Shown piece by piece: positions 8,344 to 17,611 of a stretch of 32,000 bases of DNA. The position numbers and the translations under genes are program-made. This DNA is from Aquifex aeolicus VF5 (GTDB lineage Bacteria > Aquificota > Aquificia > Aquificales > Aquificaceae): NCBI RefSeq assembly GCF_000008625.1, contig NC_001880.1, positions 1 to 32,000 of the forward strand, in the 5' to 3' direction. Under the pieces are notes generated by a model. That model had not been told where the DNA came from and searched no databases. It was given only the letters and a program-made list of their open reading frames with translations. Every line of letters starts with the position of its first letter. The first letter of the stretch is position 1.

Positions 8344-8721
8344 GTTCCGCTAAATTTTGGCGGAACTTACAAATTCCCTTGAAAAATAAAAACTTGACGA
8401 AAGCCTTTTCCTGTTCAGTTCTGCTAAAACTTAGCGGAACTATTATCAAGTTCCCCAAAATCAACGCCTTCATAAGTGGAAGATTTCGGTTCCGCTAAAT
8501 ATATATTGTTGTTGAAATTCCCTTAAAGTTTTGAATTTTTCTACAACAGATTTTCTTTTAGCGGAACTCACACGTACGCTTATAAGCTCTTTGAAAATCA
8601 AAGTCTTGAAATGGGTTATGCGTAGTTCCGCTAACTTTTAGCGGAACTTTAGTCTTTTACACTTTTCGGAGAAAATTGGAAATCAAGAGTTTGACGTTGT
8701 TCCGCTAATATTTGGCGGAAC
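8344..8721. promoter_or_regulatory. Six-site array B (GTTCCGCTAA-N3-TTAGCGGAAC-like, 23 bp)
   Basis: Sites start at 8344, 8418, 8489 (left half), 8545 (right half), 8625, 8699; intervals 74/71/56/80/74. Confidence 0.88.
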
Positions 8722-8784
8722 TCTAAATTTTTGATTTACTGAAAATCTGTAATCGGCTAAATTATTAACGAGAAGGTAATTACC

Positions 8785-9741
8785 GTGAGGGAGGAAGTTG
8801 AAAGGAAAATAAAGGAAGTTCTCGGAGTAAAAGAGGAGACTTTAAAGTATGAGGGAGTTTTCAGACGAAGAAAGAGGAAGGGGGCAAAGGAATACGAATA
8901 TCTGGAAGCAAAGTTCTATGACATTGAAGAGAAGAAAATTGTAAACGTCCACGTCCCTGTAAAGAAAGAAAATCTTGTTCTTGAGCTGGACAGGCATTGG
9001 AAAGAAAGCAAGAAAAGGGAAAAAGAACTTGAAAAAAGGTTGAAAGAAATAATATCCGAATACAAAAATCCGGACCTAATAAGAGAAATCCTTGAAAGAC
9101 TCCTTGAGGAAGGCATTCGGCGAGAAGCAAAAGATTACGCTTATGAAAAATACAAAAAGGAAGCTCTTGAGCTTTTTGAGAGGTTCAAGCCCTATCTTAT
9201 CAAGCTAAGAAGGGAAAGACTGAAAAGAATAAACCTTTTGCAAGCACTATACCTTCTTGCGAATGTAAAGGAAATGTTCCAGGAAAAGGAAGAAGAACTT
9301 GAAAAGGTCATGGAAAGAGCGGTAAAAACAATCCTCTTTAGAGACCAAAACCAGAAACTTCAGAGTCCTTTGGGAGTCTTGAAAAATGACTTTTTCCTTC
9401 CAAAAGAAACTCCTTACGATTTTTTGCTTTCTCGTTTCCTTCAAGCGGAACTCGAACCTGTGCTTGAAAAGCTTCTGAAAGCGGAAATAGAAAAAGAAGA
9501 GACACAAGAGGCTATGGGAGAAATTGCAGAGTTTCTGACAGAACTTTCTGAAGAAGCAAAAAGTAGGGTTCTCAAAGTATTTCCATCCTTTTCGCAGTTT
9601 TCTAAAGTTTTGTACCGTGAGTGGAAGAAATCCGGACAATCTCTCAAGGATTTTCTTGTAGATTGGAAAAGCTTTCTCGAGTTCAAAGGAAAAGAAGCTG
9701 AAAAGGAAGTTTTGAACGTATTGTCTAAATTGAATTTATAA
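8785..9741 (+). CDS. Coiled-coil protein of module B (318 aa)
   Basis: GTG start; KRINLLQALYLLANVKEMFQE...SPLGVLKNDFFLPKETPYDFLLSRFLQAEL. Confidence 0.88.
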   Translation: MREEVERKIKEVLGVKEETLKYEGVFRRRKRKGAKEYEYLEAKFYDIEEKKIVNVHVPVKKENLVLELDRHWKESKKREKELEKRLKEIISEYKNPDLIREILERLLEEGIRREAKDYAYEKYKKEALELFERFKPYLIKLRRERLKRINLLQALYLLANVKEMFQEKEEELEKVMERAVKTILFRDQNQKLQSPLGVLKNDFFLPKETPYDFLLSRFLQAELEPVLEKLLKAEIEKEETQEAMGEIAEFLTELSEEAKSRVLKVFPSFSQFSKVLYREWKKSGQSLKDFLVDWKSFLEFKGKEAEKEVLNVLSKLNL

Positions 9742-9764
9742 GGTAAGTTATTTAATTAACCTTA

Positions 9765-9778
9765 CTTAGTTAACTAAG
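9765..9778. repeat. 14-bp perfect palindrome CTTAGTTAACTAAG in AT-rich DNA downstream of module B
   Basis: Read directly. Confidence 0.7.
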
Positions 9779-10142
9779 CTAATTTATTGCCGGTTAAGTA
9801 ATTTTCGAAAATGTTCTGAAGCTTGTACTCAGAAATCAAATTCCCCTTCAAGTTTTCCCGGAAACTCCTTAGAGCCTACTATTTATCCAGAGACAGGTAA
9901 AGAACCTGACAGAGAAGGGAAAGAGGGTAGATTCTTGCTTTGAGCTTGAAAGCCCTGCTTTACTCCTTAATCACTAAACGGGAAATGGAAATACCTGATA
10001 CCACGGTCAAATGATGTAAACTATTGTCAGCAAAGAAGAAAAGGTTGATTATTCAGAACTGGCTTCCGAGGCTTTCATTTTAAGGGAAAAGTTGAAAGTG
10101 ATAAAGTAGTTGACAATAAAGGAGTTTGTCATGATATAGCCG

Positions 10143-10436
10143 AGCAATATAAAAACCGAGGAGGACGTAAAGGAAGCAATTAAGGAGATTTTCAAAGATA
10201 AGAAGGTTAAGGTTTACCTTTTTGGCTCGAGGGCAAGGGGTGAGAACACACCCAGAAGCGACCTTAATCTGGGCTTTCTGTCGGATGAGGATATAGGTTA
10301 TGAGCTTTCTCTTTTGAGGGAAATACTTGAGGAGTCAAACCTTCCCTTCTCGGTTGATGTTGTTGACTTATCAAAGGCGGGAAGGGAGTTCAGGGAAATG
10401 GTTTTAAAGGAGGGTAAACTTTGGATAAGTTTATAA
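10143..10436 (+). pseudogene. MNT-type nucleotidyltransferase remnant
   Basis: Open frame without an obvious start: VYLFGSRARGENTPRSDLNLGFL...DVVDLSKAGREFREMVLKEGKLWISL*. Confidence 0.65.
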
Positions 10437-10501
10437 AGCAATTAGAAGACTTTGAGAAATCCGTAAGGGAGAACGCCAAGTTAAGGATTAGAGGAGTGTA
10501 G
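10421..10501 (+). pseudogene. Truncated HEPN-like partner of the MNT gene
   Basis: TTG-DKFIKQLEDFEKSVRENAKLRIRGV*; truncated inside the GCCAAGTTAAGG repeat. Confidence 0.45.
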
Positions 10502-10596
10502 TGATCTAACGAGAATAAAAGAAGCAAGATGAGATTTGTTGCATTTTGGCCAAGTTGGCAATTTTGCAACGAATTTGCGAGGTTAAAATCATTTTT

Positions 10597-10893
10597 ATGT
10601 GGGAGCTTTTGAAGCTTCTTGAGAGCTACTTTTCTTATCTTGATTACTGGGTAGGAAAGCAGGAAAGTGAAATCGGGAAAGTACTTGTTTTGCTGGTATT
10701 TCTTTTTACGCCTGTTGCGGTATGGAGGGTGTTGGGGAAGAAGTACAGGTTTCTTGAGAGGTACTTGAGGCTTGTAGCTTTTGTAATGTTTATTGCGACG
10801 GGGGCTTACGTTTTTCATCGGTATTTTGAGGTAGGTTTGCTTTGGGGACTCGTGCTTTCGTCTAAAGTTTACGAGTTTTTATGGAGTGACTAG
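10597..10893 (+). CDS. Hypothetical membrane protein
   Basis: MWELLKLLESYFSY...VLVLLVFLFTPVAVW...LVAFVMFIATGAYVF. Confidence 0.5.
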   Translation: MWELLKLLESYFSYLDYWVGKQESEIGKVLVLLVFLFTPVAVWRVLGKKYRFLERYLRLVAFVMFIATGAYVFHRYFEVGLLWGLVLSSKVYEFLWSD

Positions 10894-11077
10894 AAGTCTA
10901 TTTTAAATCCCTTGATTTTCGAGGAAAATCTTAATGGAAGTTTACCCCTAAACTTGGAAAGCTTGAAATACAAGCATTTCCCGAAGAAAGAGGTCTCAAA
11001 ACTTATTACTACCTGAAACCGCAAGTTGTGGACTACCTTGTAGAAAAGCTTTCCAATACTATCAACCGCCTGTATAT

Positions 11078-11410
11078 TTAGATTTGGAGTATAGGGAAAT
11101 TATATCCTTTCCATGTTTTTCTATATAGAGAAAGGTAGAGGTCTTTACCGGAAAGTTCAAGGAGTTCCTTTTCAAACTCCGAGATGTGATATATGCCGTG
11201 CTTGAGGTGGAGGAGTTCGTGGGCTATGAGATATCCGAGTTCTTCATCGCTCAGCTTTGGGATAAGTTCCCTGTTGATGTATATGACCCTCTTCGTCAGG
11301 GAAACAGGGGCGAGCTTTCTTTTAAATCTTTTGAGTTCTATCTTGACCTCCCTCTCTATTCCCAACCTTTCCTTGAGTTCTTTGAGTAAGTTCTCAACCC
11401 TCTCCTTCAT
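11078..11410 (-). CDS. HExxH metallopeptidase-like protein
   Basis: RVIYINRELIPKLSDEELGYLIAHELLHLKHG. Confidence 0.65.
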   Translation of the reverse strand: MKERVENLLKELKERLGIEREVKIELKRFKRKLAPVSLTKRVIYINRELIPKLSDEELGYLIAHELLHLKHGIYHISEFEKELLELSGKDLYLSLYRKTWKGYNFPILQI

Positions 11411-11666
11411 TTCTCAGCTCTTTTACCATAAGAAGAATTACCTCCTCAACTGCGAAGTTCACAAGCTCAGCAAGTCGGGATGGCTCCATCTCAAGGGTCA
11501 GAATAAGCTCTTCTTTGAGTTTTGCCTTCATTTCCTCCGTTATGAGATTCCTCGAAAGAAGTTCACCGATAACCTTCTTAAGTCCTTCCGTCTCCCTCAA
11601 ATTACCTCCTTTACTCTTTACGTACATATAAGTTCCTGAGTATAAGCCAACAGGTAAGAAATTCAT
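11394..11666 (-). CDS. Hypothetical protein overlapping the start of the peptidase-like ORF
   Basis: 17-nt overlap with 11410; start codon uncertain. Confidence 0.45.
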   Translation of the reverse strand: MNFLPVGLYSGTYMYVKSKGGNLRETEGLKKVIGELLSRNLITEEMKAKLKEELILTLEMEPSRLAELVNFAVEEVILLMVKELRNEGEG

Positions 11667-11813
11667 TCAAGGAGTTTGGGAAAAATTCGGACAACTGCCC
11701 GTGTAGTAACAGTCAGGACAAAATTTGTGAGGGGAAAGAGAGGTTTATATGTGAGATCCTAATTGAATATGTGAAAAAATTAAAAAGTAAGAATCTTAGG
11801 GGAGGTTAAAGTC

Positions 11814-12860
11814 ATGAGAAGGGAAATACTTTCAAGAACTCTCCTTCTTTCAAGCCTATTTGTAGCCGGAGGGTTTCTGACTGCCTGCGGAGGCGGCGGT
11901 GGAGGAACAGGAGGAGGAGAGCAGGGTAAGATCACAAACGAGCTACAGGCTAAAGCCGCTTTAGGTAATTCATTAAGTGCAATACGAAGCAGTGCAGGGT
12001 TAACCGAAGATACTCAAACAGGAGTAGGAGCTGCATCTGTAGGGAATAAGGGAGGTTGGCTTAGGGACGCCTTGAAGCTCTACAAGTCCGCTGCTCCTCA
12101 AACGGGAACGCTTGCCTCTCAGCAACAGTATACGTGTGATAACGGAGGTACTGCAACCATAGATTACTCTTACGATTCAAATACCAGAACCGCCAGTGCA
12201 ACTATTACTTTTGATAATTGTGGAAACACTTGCAGTCTAAACAAGTATGTCATATTCAACGGAACTATGCGTTTCTCCGGGAAAGATATCAATCAAAACT
12301 ATATCTTGGAAAGCGGCAGCATATCTGTAGATTCCGGATTCTCTTATACCGACCAGTGTGAGAATGAGGGTGTTTACTTCGAGGGCAACTTCTCAATATC
12401 TGTGAAGGGGTATATCCCAAATACTGGGGATATTGAAGACGGAAATAATAACTATAAAGCCGACCTGACACTCGATGGAGGACCCGTTAAGGTTACAGAT
12501 GGTTCAAAGTGGGAAAGGGGCTCTTTCGATAACTTGACTTTCTATATTAACGAATATTATCCCGCAAGCGCTGATTACGAGTGGAAAGTCAACGGGGGTT
12601 TCAGGTATCAAGACAGTTACTGCGTAACAGATCCAGTATACCTCAGCTTCAACACAACAAACATCTTCAAGGGCTACAACACGGTTGAGTGTGAATACAC
12701 AGGAAGACTCTCCGTTAATAACGACCTTATAGTTGCAGAATCCTACGATCCCGATAGTAAGCCTTCCGAAACGGAAAACTACCTTAAAATCCTCTTTAAC
12801 GGAAATGTGGTATTCGACAACCTCTGTACCAACTTCAATCCTCCGGATACGTGCAGCTGA
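11814..12860 (+). CDS. Secreted lipoprotein, unknown function
   Basis: Signal peptide with lipobox LTAC followed by a Gly-rich linker; preceded by aggggaggtt. Confidence 0.75.
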   Translation: MRREILSRTLLLSSLFVAGGFLTACGGGGGGTGGGEQGKITNELQAKAALGNSLSAIRSSAGLTEDTQTGVGAASVGNKGGWLRDALKLYKSAAPQTGTLASQQQYTCDNGGTATIDYSYDSNTRTASATITFDNCGNTCSLNKYVIFNGTMRFSGKDINQNYILESGSISVDSGFSYTDQCENEGVYFEGNFSISVKGYIPNTGDIEDGNNNYKADLTLDGGPVKVTDGSKWERGSFDNLTFYINEYYPASADYEWKVNGGFRYQDSYCVTDPVYLSFNTTNIFKGYNTVECEYTGRLSVNNDLIVAESYDPDSKPSETENYLKILFNGNVVFDNLCTNFNPPDTCS

Positions 12861-12950
12861 TAATTGAGAGCCTCAGCCCCTTTTCTAATAAAGAACCTGA
12901 GGAACATAAGAACGGAAAGAACTAAAAGAAGCCAAGAAGGAGCGAAGGAG

Positions 12951-13680
12951 TTACAGCCCCATCTCCGCCAACCTGTATGAAAAAGTAACCCTTCTCAACT
13001 TCTGTTCTGAAGTCTTCCCTGAACCTTTAAATCTTGTTTCGAGCACGTAAACAGCCTTTTCAGAGCAGTAAACTACATTCGGATAAAGGAAGTTATCATC
13101 CTCTACTGCATTTGAGCTGAACCACTCTTTGACTTCTTCAGGTATTGCAAAAGAGTGATCCTGTAAATAAAGGGCTACGAGTCCCATAACAACGGCCGTA
13201 GCCATTGATGTTCCTGCAAAGGGAACATAGTAATGACCTTCGGCACAAATGTAGGGATCGGAGTGAGATGAGAATTCTGAATTTGTGCTGCAGATAAAAT
13301 ACCCTCCTGCCACAATGTTTGGTTTTATCCTTCCGTTCCTTGTTGGTCCCCTTGAGGAAAAGTATGCTATCCTTCCTGCGTTGTAAAATGATTGCGTATC
13401 AAGTGGTCTGCTTGCAAAGGCTCCTACCGTTATAACCCTCTTGGAAGTTCCCGGATTCGTTACTGTAAAGGTTATCCCTCCTGTAGGATCCCTTTCGTAA
13501 TGGTCGCTGAAGGAACCGCTACCTGAGATTACCCACATTATCAACCCTGAGTTCATTGCACCGCAATTTGTTTCCCAGACCCTCTCATATCCGTTCGTAT
13601 CCTTTCCCGAATCCACTCCTACGCAGTAATCCGATCCAGGAGCACAGACATCAATTCTGTATTCGGATCCCTGAATGTAC
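12951..13680 (-). pseudogene. Subtilisin-like (S8) peptidase C-terminal remnant
   Basis: ITVGAFASR...AYFSSRGPTRNGRIKPNIVAGG...FAGTSMATAVVMGLVALY; no N-terminal Asp/His blocks in frame. Confidence 0.72.
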
Positions 13681-14020
13681 CAGCCCTCTACAAGAAGTAA
13701 CTCCGTAGTTCACGGATATACGAACTCTATCTTCAACTTCAGTATTACTGGCATGGATTCTTTTGCTTCTGTTGTTCCCTAGGGCAGCCACTACAACAAA
13801 CCCAGACCAGAAACGTTATCTATCTCCTTCTCTAGAAGGGAAGTTCCATCGTGAGATCCTGCAAGTGTTTCTACAGCGAGATTTGTAACTGAAGGCATTC
13901 CGAGAAGCTCTACATTTTCCTTTATCCATCTCAGCCCTATTATTACATCAGAATTCGTACATTCCGTAAGTTTATAAACTATCAGGGAAGATGTAATCTT
14001 TGATTTTCAATAAGTTATTA

Positions 14021-14231
14021 ACCTATTTTAAAGCTATCATTAACTCTCGGCAGTGGAAGTATAGGGCTGTTGTTCAAGCTTGATAGCTTCCTAAAAGTCA
14101 TTTTGCTTATAGTTGGAGTAGCTTTAACCACAGCTTTTGCAGGGCTTACGATAATCTTTTACCGAAAAGCTATTGACCTTCTTGAAGAGCTTGAGAAATT
14201 AGAAAAGAATAATGAGGCGAAAAATGTATGA
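14021..14231 (+). pseudogene. N-terminally truncated two-TM protein
   Basis: SLTLGSGSIGLLFKLDSFLKVILLIVGVALTTAFAGLTIIFYRKAIDLLEELEKLEKNNEAKNV*; counterpart at 23421..23620. Confidence 0.5.
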
Positions 14232-14340
14232 TGTAATTGCTTACTTTGGAGCTATTGCTATTGGGATTATCTTACTGACTATGGCAATTGTGATGCTCAA
14301 ACTCGCCTTAGAAGAAGGTAAAAAGCCAAAAGCTAAGTAA
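14224..14340 (+). CDS. 38-aa membrane protein MYDVIAYFGAIAIGIILLTMAIVMLKLALEEGKKPKAK
   Basis: Near-identical protein at 23312..23428, degenerate copy at 14674..14799. Confidence 0.6.
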   Translation: MYDVIAYFGAIAIGIILLTMAIVMLKLALEEGKKPKAK

Positions 14341-14359
14341 AAGAAGGAGAGGAAGTCTT

Positions 14360-14563
14360 TTGAGACTAAAAAGGGAGACTCTTAAAGAAACAGGAAAGCT
14401 TTTCTATGACCTCAGTAAAATTTCCGCAGGTTTGGGGTTGTTGCTTCCTTTCCTTAAAGGAGAGAACGTAAGCATATTTTCCGCTTTAATTGCACTTTTT
14501 TCTTCTCTTGTGTTTTTCGTAATAGGGCTAATTTTAATCAATAAAGGAGCTGAAAATGACTGA
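14360..14563 (+). CDS. 67-aa two-TM protein MRLKRETLKETGKLFYDLSK...
   Basis: Paralogous to 23084..23287. Confidence 0.65.
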   Translation: MRLKRETLKETGKLFYDLSKISAGLGLLLPFLKGENVSIFSALIALFSSLVFFVIGLILINKGAEND

Positions 14564-14663
14564 CCTAATACTCTACTACCTTATACTTGTCGGAGGGCTG
14601 GCTTTAGCAGGATTGGTAGTTTACTTCCTTGCAAACAAGCAGGAAGCTAAAAAGCAGGGATAA
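14556..14663 (+). CDS. 35-aa single-TM protein MTDLILYYLILVGGLALAGLVVYFLANKQEAKKQG
   Basis: 8-nt overlap with the upstream gene, the same overlap as at 23084-23091. Confidence 0.6.
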   Translation: MTDLILYYLILVGGLALAGLVVYFLANKQEAKKQG

Positions 14664-14673
14664 GTACCGAAAG

Positions 14674-14799
14674 ATATATGATGTGATAGTCTACTTCGGG
14701 GCTATAACTTTAGCGGTCATATTTCTCGTTATGGGCATAGTAATGACAAAATTGATGATAGAGGAAAGGAAGAAAAGACAAAAACCCGAAACCAAGTAA
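14674..14799 (+). pseudogene. Degenerate paralogue (IYDVIVYFGAITLAVIFLVMGIVMTKLMIEERKKRQKPETK) with ATA where ATG is expected
   Basis: Alignment by eye to 14224..14340. Confidence 0.45.
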
Positions 14800-14802
14800 G
14801 CC

Positions 14803-15148
14803 TTACCTTCTCCAGAACTCCCACCACCTCTTTTGAGGCTTGGCTTCCAGCTTCTTTATCCTCTCCTGGAGCTCCCTGATGAGTTCGTCTTTCTCCTTTA
14901 GCCGTCCTTCAAGTTCCCCTAGTTTGTAGATGGCTTTCTGGAGTTGTTCCTGGGTCTTTTGATACTCGGAAAATGGAACGATTGCCCCGCTTACAGTTTT
15001 TCTCTCTTCGCCTTTGAGTTGTAGATACAGCATTTGTATGGTTCGGCTTACCGCTTCGGTCTTCAGAAATCCCAAGTGTTCTTGCTATCTCCTGAAGTTC
15101 TTGGGTTATCTCTCCCGAAAGTCTAAAGGTCTTTTTAACTCGCTCCAT
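14803..15148 (-). pseudogene. RHH N-terminus + coiled-coil protein, frameshifted
   Basis: MERVKKTFRLSGEITQELQEIARTLG (frame 1) continues as FLKTEAVSRTIQMLYLQLKGEERKTVSG...ELQERIKKLEAKPQKRWWEFWRR (frame 2). Confidence 0.55.
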
Positions 15149-15316
15149 AAATCCATCTTTAAGGGCGTATGGCTTTTGTATGACTTTTGTCGGGCCTTAA
15201 AGCCATACAGGAGGAGCTTGAAATTTCATAGCCATACATAGACGCTTGACTATTAAGTCCAGGGTTGCATTACGGAAAAGTCAGGTTAAATTATAAATCC
15301 GCTACTGTATGAGGGA

Positions 15317-15571
15317 AGGAACGGGATATCCCAACGAAGGGGAGGTTCCCCGATGATGTGGGATGGAAAGTCCCGTTCCTGAAATGAGGTTGGAGTGTTA
15401 AGTAACCTGTCCCATCTCCTACATGGAGGTGGGAAAGCCCGCCCTGTGGTGCGGGTTGGGGTTTCGCTGAAAGGTCCCTCACGTGAGGGACACAATCTAA
15501 GCGGAGCCCCTAAAGCAACAGCTACTAATGTCTACTTAATGTCTATGTTTTAGAGTAGCTGTTGCAACCAC
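15317..15571 (+). ncRNA. Stand-alone omega-RNA-like element without TnpB
   Basis: 15405-15571 closely matches 3017-3192, including the conserved hairpins and GCAACAGCTACT/AGTAGCTGTTGC; upstream structured part has AGGAACGGGA (15317) / TCCCGTTCCT (15371). Confidence 0.6.
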
Positions 15572-15619
15572 GAGTGTATAGTAAATGCTTGACTATCAAG
15601 GTAGAAAGGAAGCTTGTGC

Positions 15620-15958
15620 TTAGATAGGCTCAGTTTTGATTAGTTCAACAAGGGCTTTCAAAACCTTTATTGCTACCTGGATGTGAGGGTTCTTGGTTTT
15701 CAAATCCTTGACTTGTTCATATAGGTCGAGATATCTCTTATCCGCTTGTCTTATCTCATCCAGTAGCTGTTGCGGTATGTTCTCCTTATTCTTAGCTAAG
15801 TCTTCTCTTATTAAAAGGACCTGTGTTAGTTCAAAATCAAGAGCTGTGGGATAATCAACCTTAAAGTCTTCTATATCCGTGTAAAGTGCTTCGCTAACGT
15901 AAATCTTCAAGGAGTCTTCTAAGCTCTTTTCTAAAGTTTTCATTCTTATTCTTTCCAA
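15620..15958 (-). CDS. Hypothetical protein (112 aa)
   Basis: Long ORF, follows 15894..16100 on the same strand. Confidence 0.5.
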
Positions 15959-16151
15959 GAATCATGCGAAATCCGCTTCCCGTAACCAGTTCAAAATCGT
16001 CCCAGTTTTTAGCTCCTCTCTCTAAAACGTCTACATACATCGTATATGCGTTTAGCACTTTTCTTAAGTTCTTCGTTTGGGTTTCTGCTGTAAGGCTCAT
16101 ACCGAGTTCCTCCCTGTAGAACTTTTATTTATCCTTAAACCGGTCCTTTAG
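15894..16151 (-). pseudogene. Decayed copy of the gene at 31-436
   Basis: DNA match 31-233 vs 15947-16151; in-frame TAA and a 1-nt deletion relative to copy 1. Confidence 0.55.
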
Positions 16152-16474
16152 GGCTAAAAAACAGGCTTTTTATATGGCTTTTGTAAGGCCTTTTAGCCGT
16201 ATAAAATGACAAGCGCGGACGGACGGGATTAACAAGAAGACATTCAATTTTCAAAAACTGAAACTGCTGAAATTGCTTGGTTTTGGCTCGCTTCTTTCAG
16301 TTCCCTCGCTTAGTATACTAACTAAGATTAGTAAGCTTTGTAATAAAAGCTATAATTATTAGCTAAATAATATAAGTTAGATGAGTAAAGATAGAAATTG
16401 GTTTAGAAAACATGCCTTTTACGGAAGTACTGAAAGCTCTTAAAAATATTTACGAGTAGTTTAAATACACTCTT

Positions 16475-17431
16475 TTACTCCCTCTTAAATTTGTTGTTTC
16501 TTTTCAGGATAAATTTAAACCTTTTGCTTATGGACACGCGTGAAACTTTGGAACCTTTATGATGCCACTCTATTATTCCCATTTCTTCCAGTTTATTTAA
16601 ATGAGCGTAGAAAGTTCTCTTCTTAAGACCTGAGAGATTCAGCAACTCGTCCGTCTTCATTCCGTACTCTCTGTCCTTCAAATGTTTAAGGATTGGTTCA
16701 AACTTGTGTAAAATTTCTTCATACTTTGCTTTCTCATTAATATACCAAGTAATTGCTCCATTTTTGTTTATGTAATAGTATATTTTTTCAAAAGGATAAG
16801 CAAAATTATGCTTTTCTATTGTCAATACCCGAAAGCTTTTCCCTTCTGTGTAGGCCTGCATAAAGGGAGTTGTTAAAAACTTAATTGTAGATACGCCCTG
16901 ATACCTGTCCGTTTTATTTTTTCCTGAACTTTTAATCGTGTGATGAATAAACATTATGTGACTTTCAGAATTTCTTGCTAACTTTCTTGTTTTTTTAATA
17001 AATTCCTTAACTTCTACAGGATCATAAATAGACTTTCCTTCATAAAAGGCAACAAAACTATCAACCACAACAAAATCGTAGCGTTTTTGTTCCAGTATCT
17101 TTTCAAAACTCCTGTAATCCGAAATGTCGTCCAGATCCATTATTTCCATTTCTGAAGTGCTTATTCTGTATCTTTTTCTTATTGGTTCTAACTTTTCTAA
17201 GATATCTTCCTTATAAAGTTCCAGAGATATATAGGCTACTTTCTTCGGTTCCTTAACTTTGAGTAAATTGTGAAATAAGTTCTTACCTGCACCTGCCAGT
17301 AGACACAAGTAAAGGCTTATGGTAGTTTTCCCTACACCTGAATCACCGTAAAGTATGGAAACGTATCCCTTCCTGAAAAACTCGTCAAAATTTTGCGCAC
17401 TGTTGCTCCTTTTGTATTCACTTAACCTCAT
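16475..17431 (-). CDS. RecA-fold/RepA-like ATPase with C-terminal HTH
   Basis: [26 protein letters not shown] (Walker A), [12 protein letters not shown] (Walker B), IMFIHHT; C-terminal [31 protein letters not shown]. Confidence 0.82.
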
Positions 17432-17611
17432 ACTATTTTCATTTTAATTTAAAAGTTATGCATTACTATGCAATTTATCTTTTATAAGCCTAGTTAATCA
17501 ATGATTGCATAAGCTTTCTTAAATAAATAAAAAATAAAAGAAAGACAGGAAAAAAGAACTAATTAAGTGAAGGAGCTTACGCTCCTTAAAAAAATTAAAG
17601 GAGGTAAAGAA

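Noticed and set aside
11193-11639. Plus-strand ORFs 11186..11389 and 11193..11639
   Set aside because: Antisense to the HExxH peptidase ORF and its neighbour, which have better coding character.
12951-13680. Functional subtilase
   Set aside because: Only the Ser-containing C-terminal part is readable; Asp and His catalytic blocks are missing in frame.
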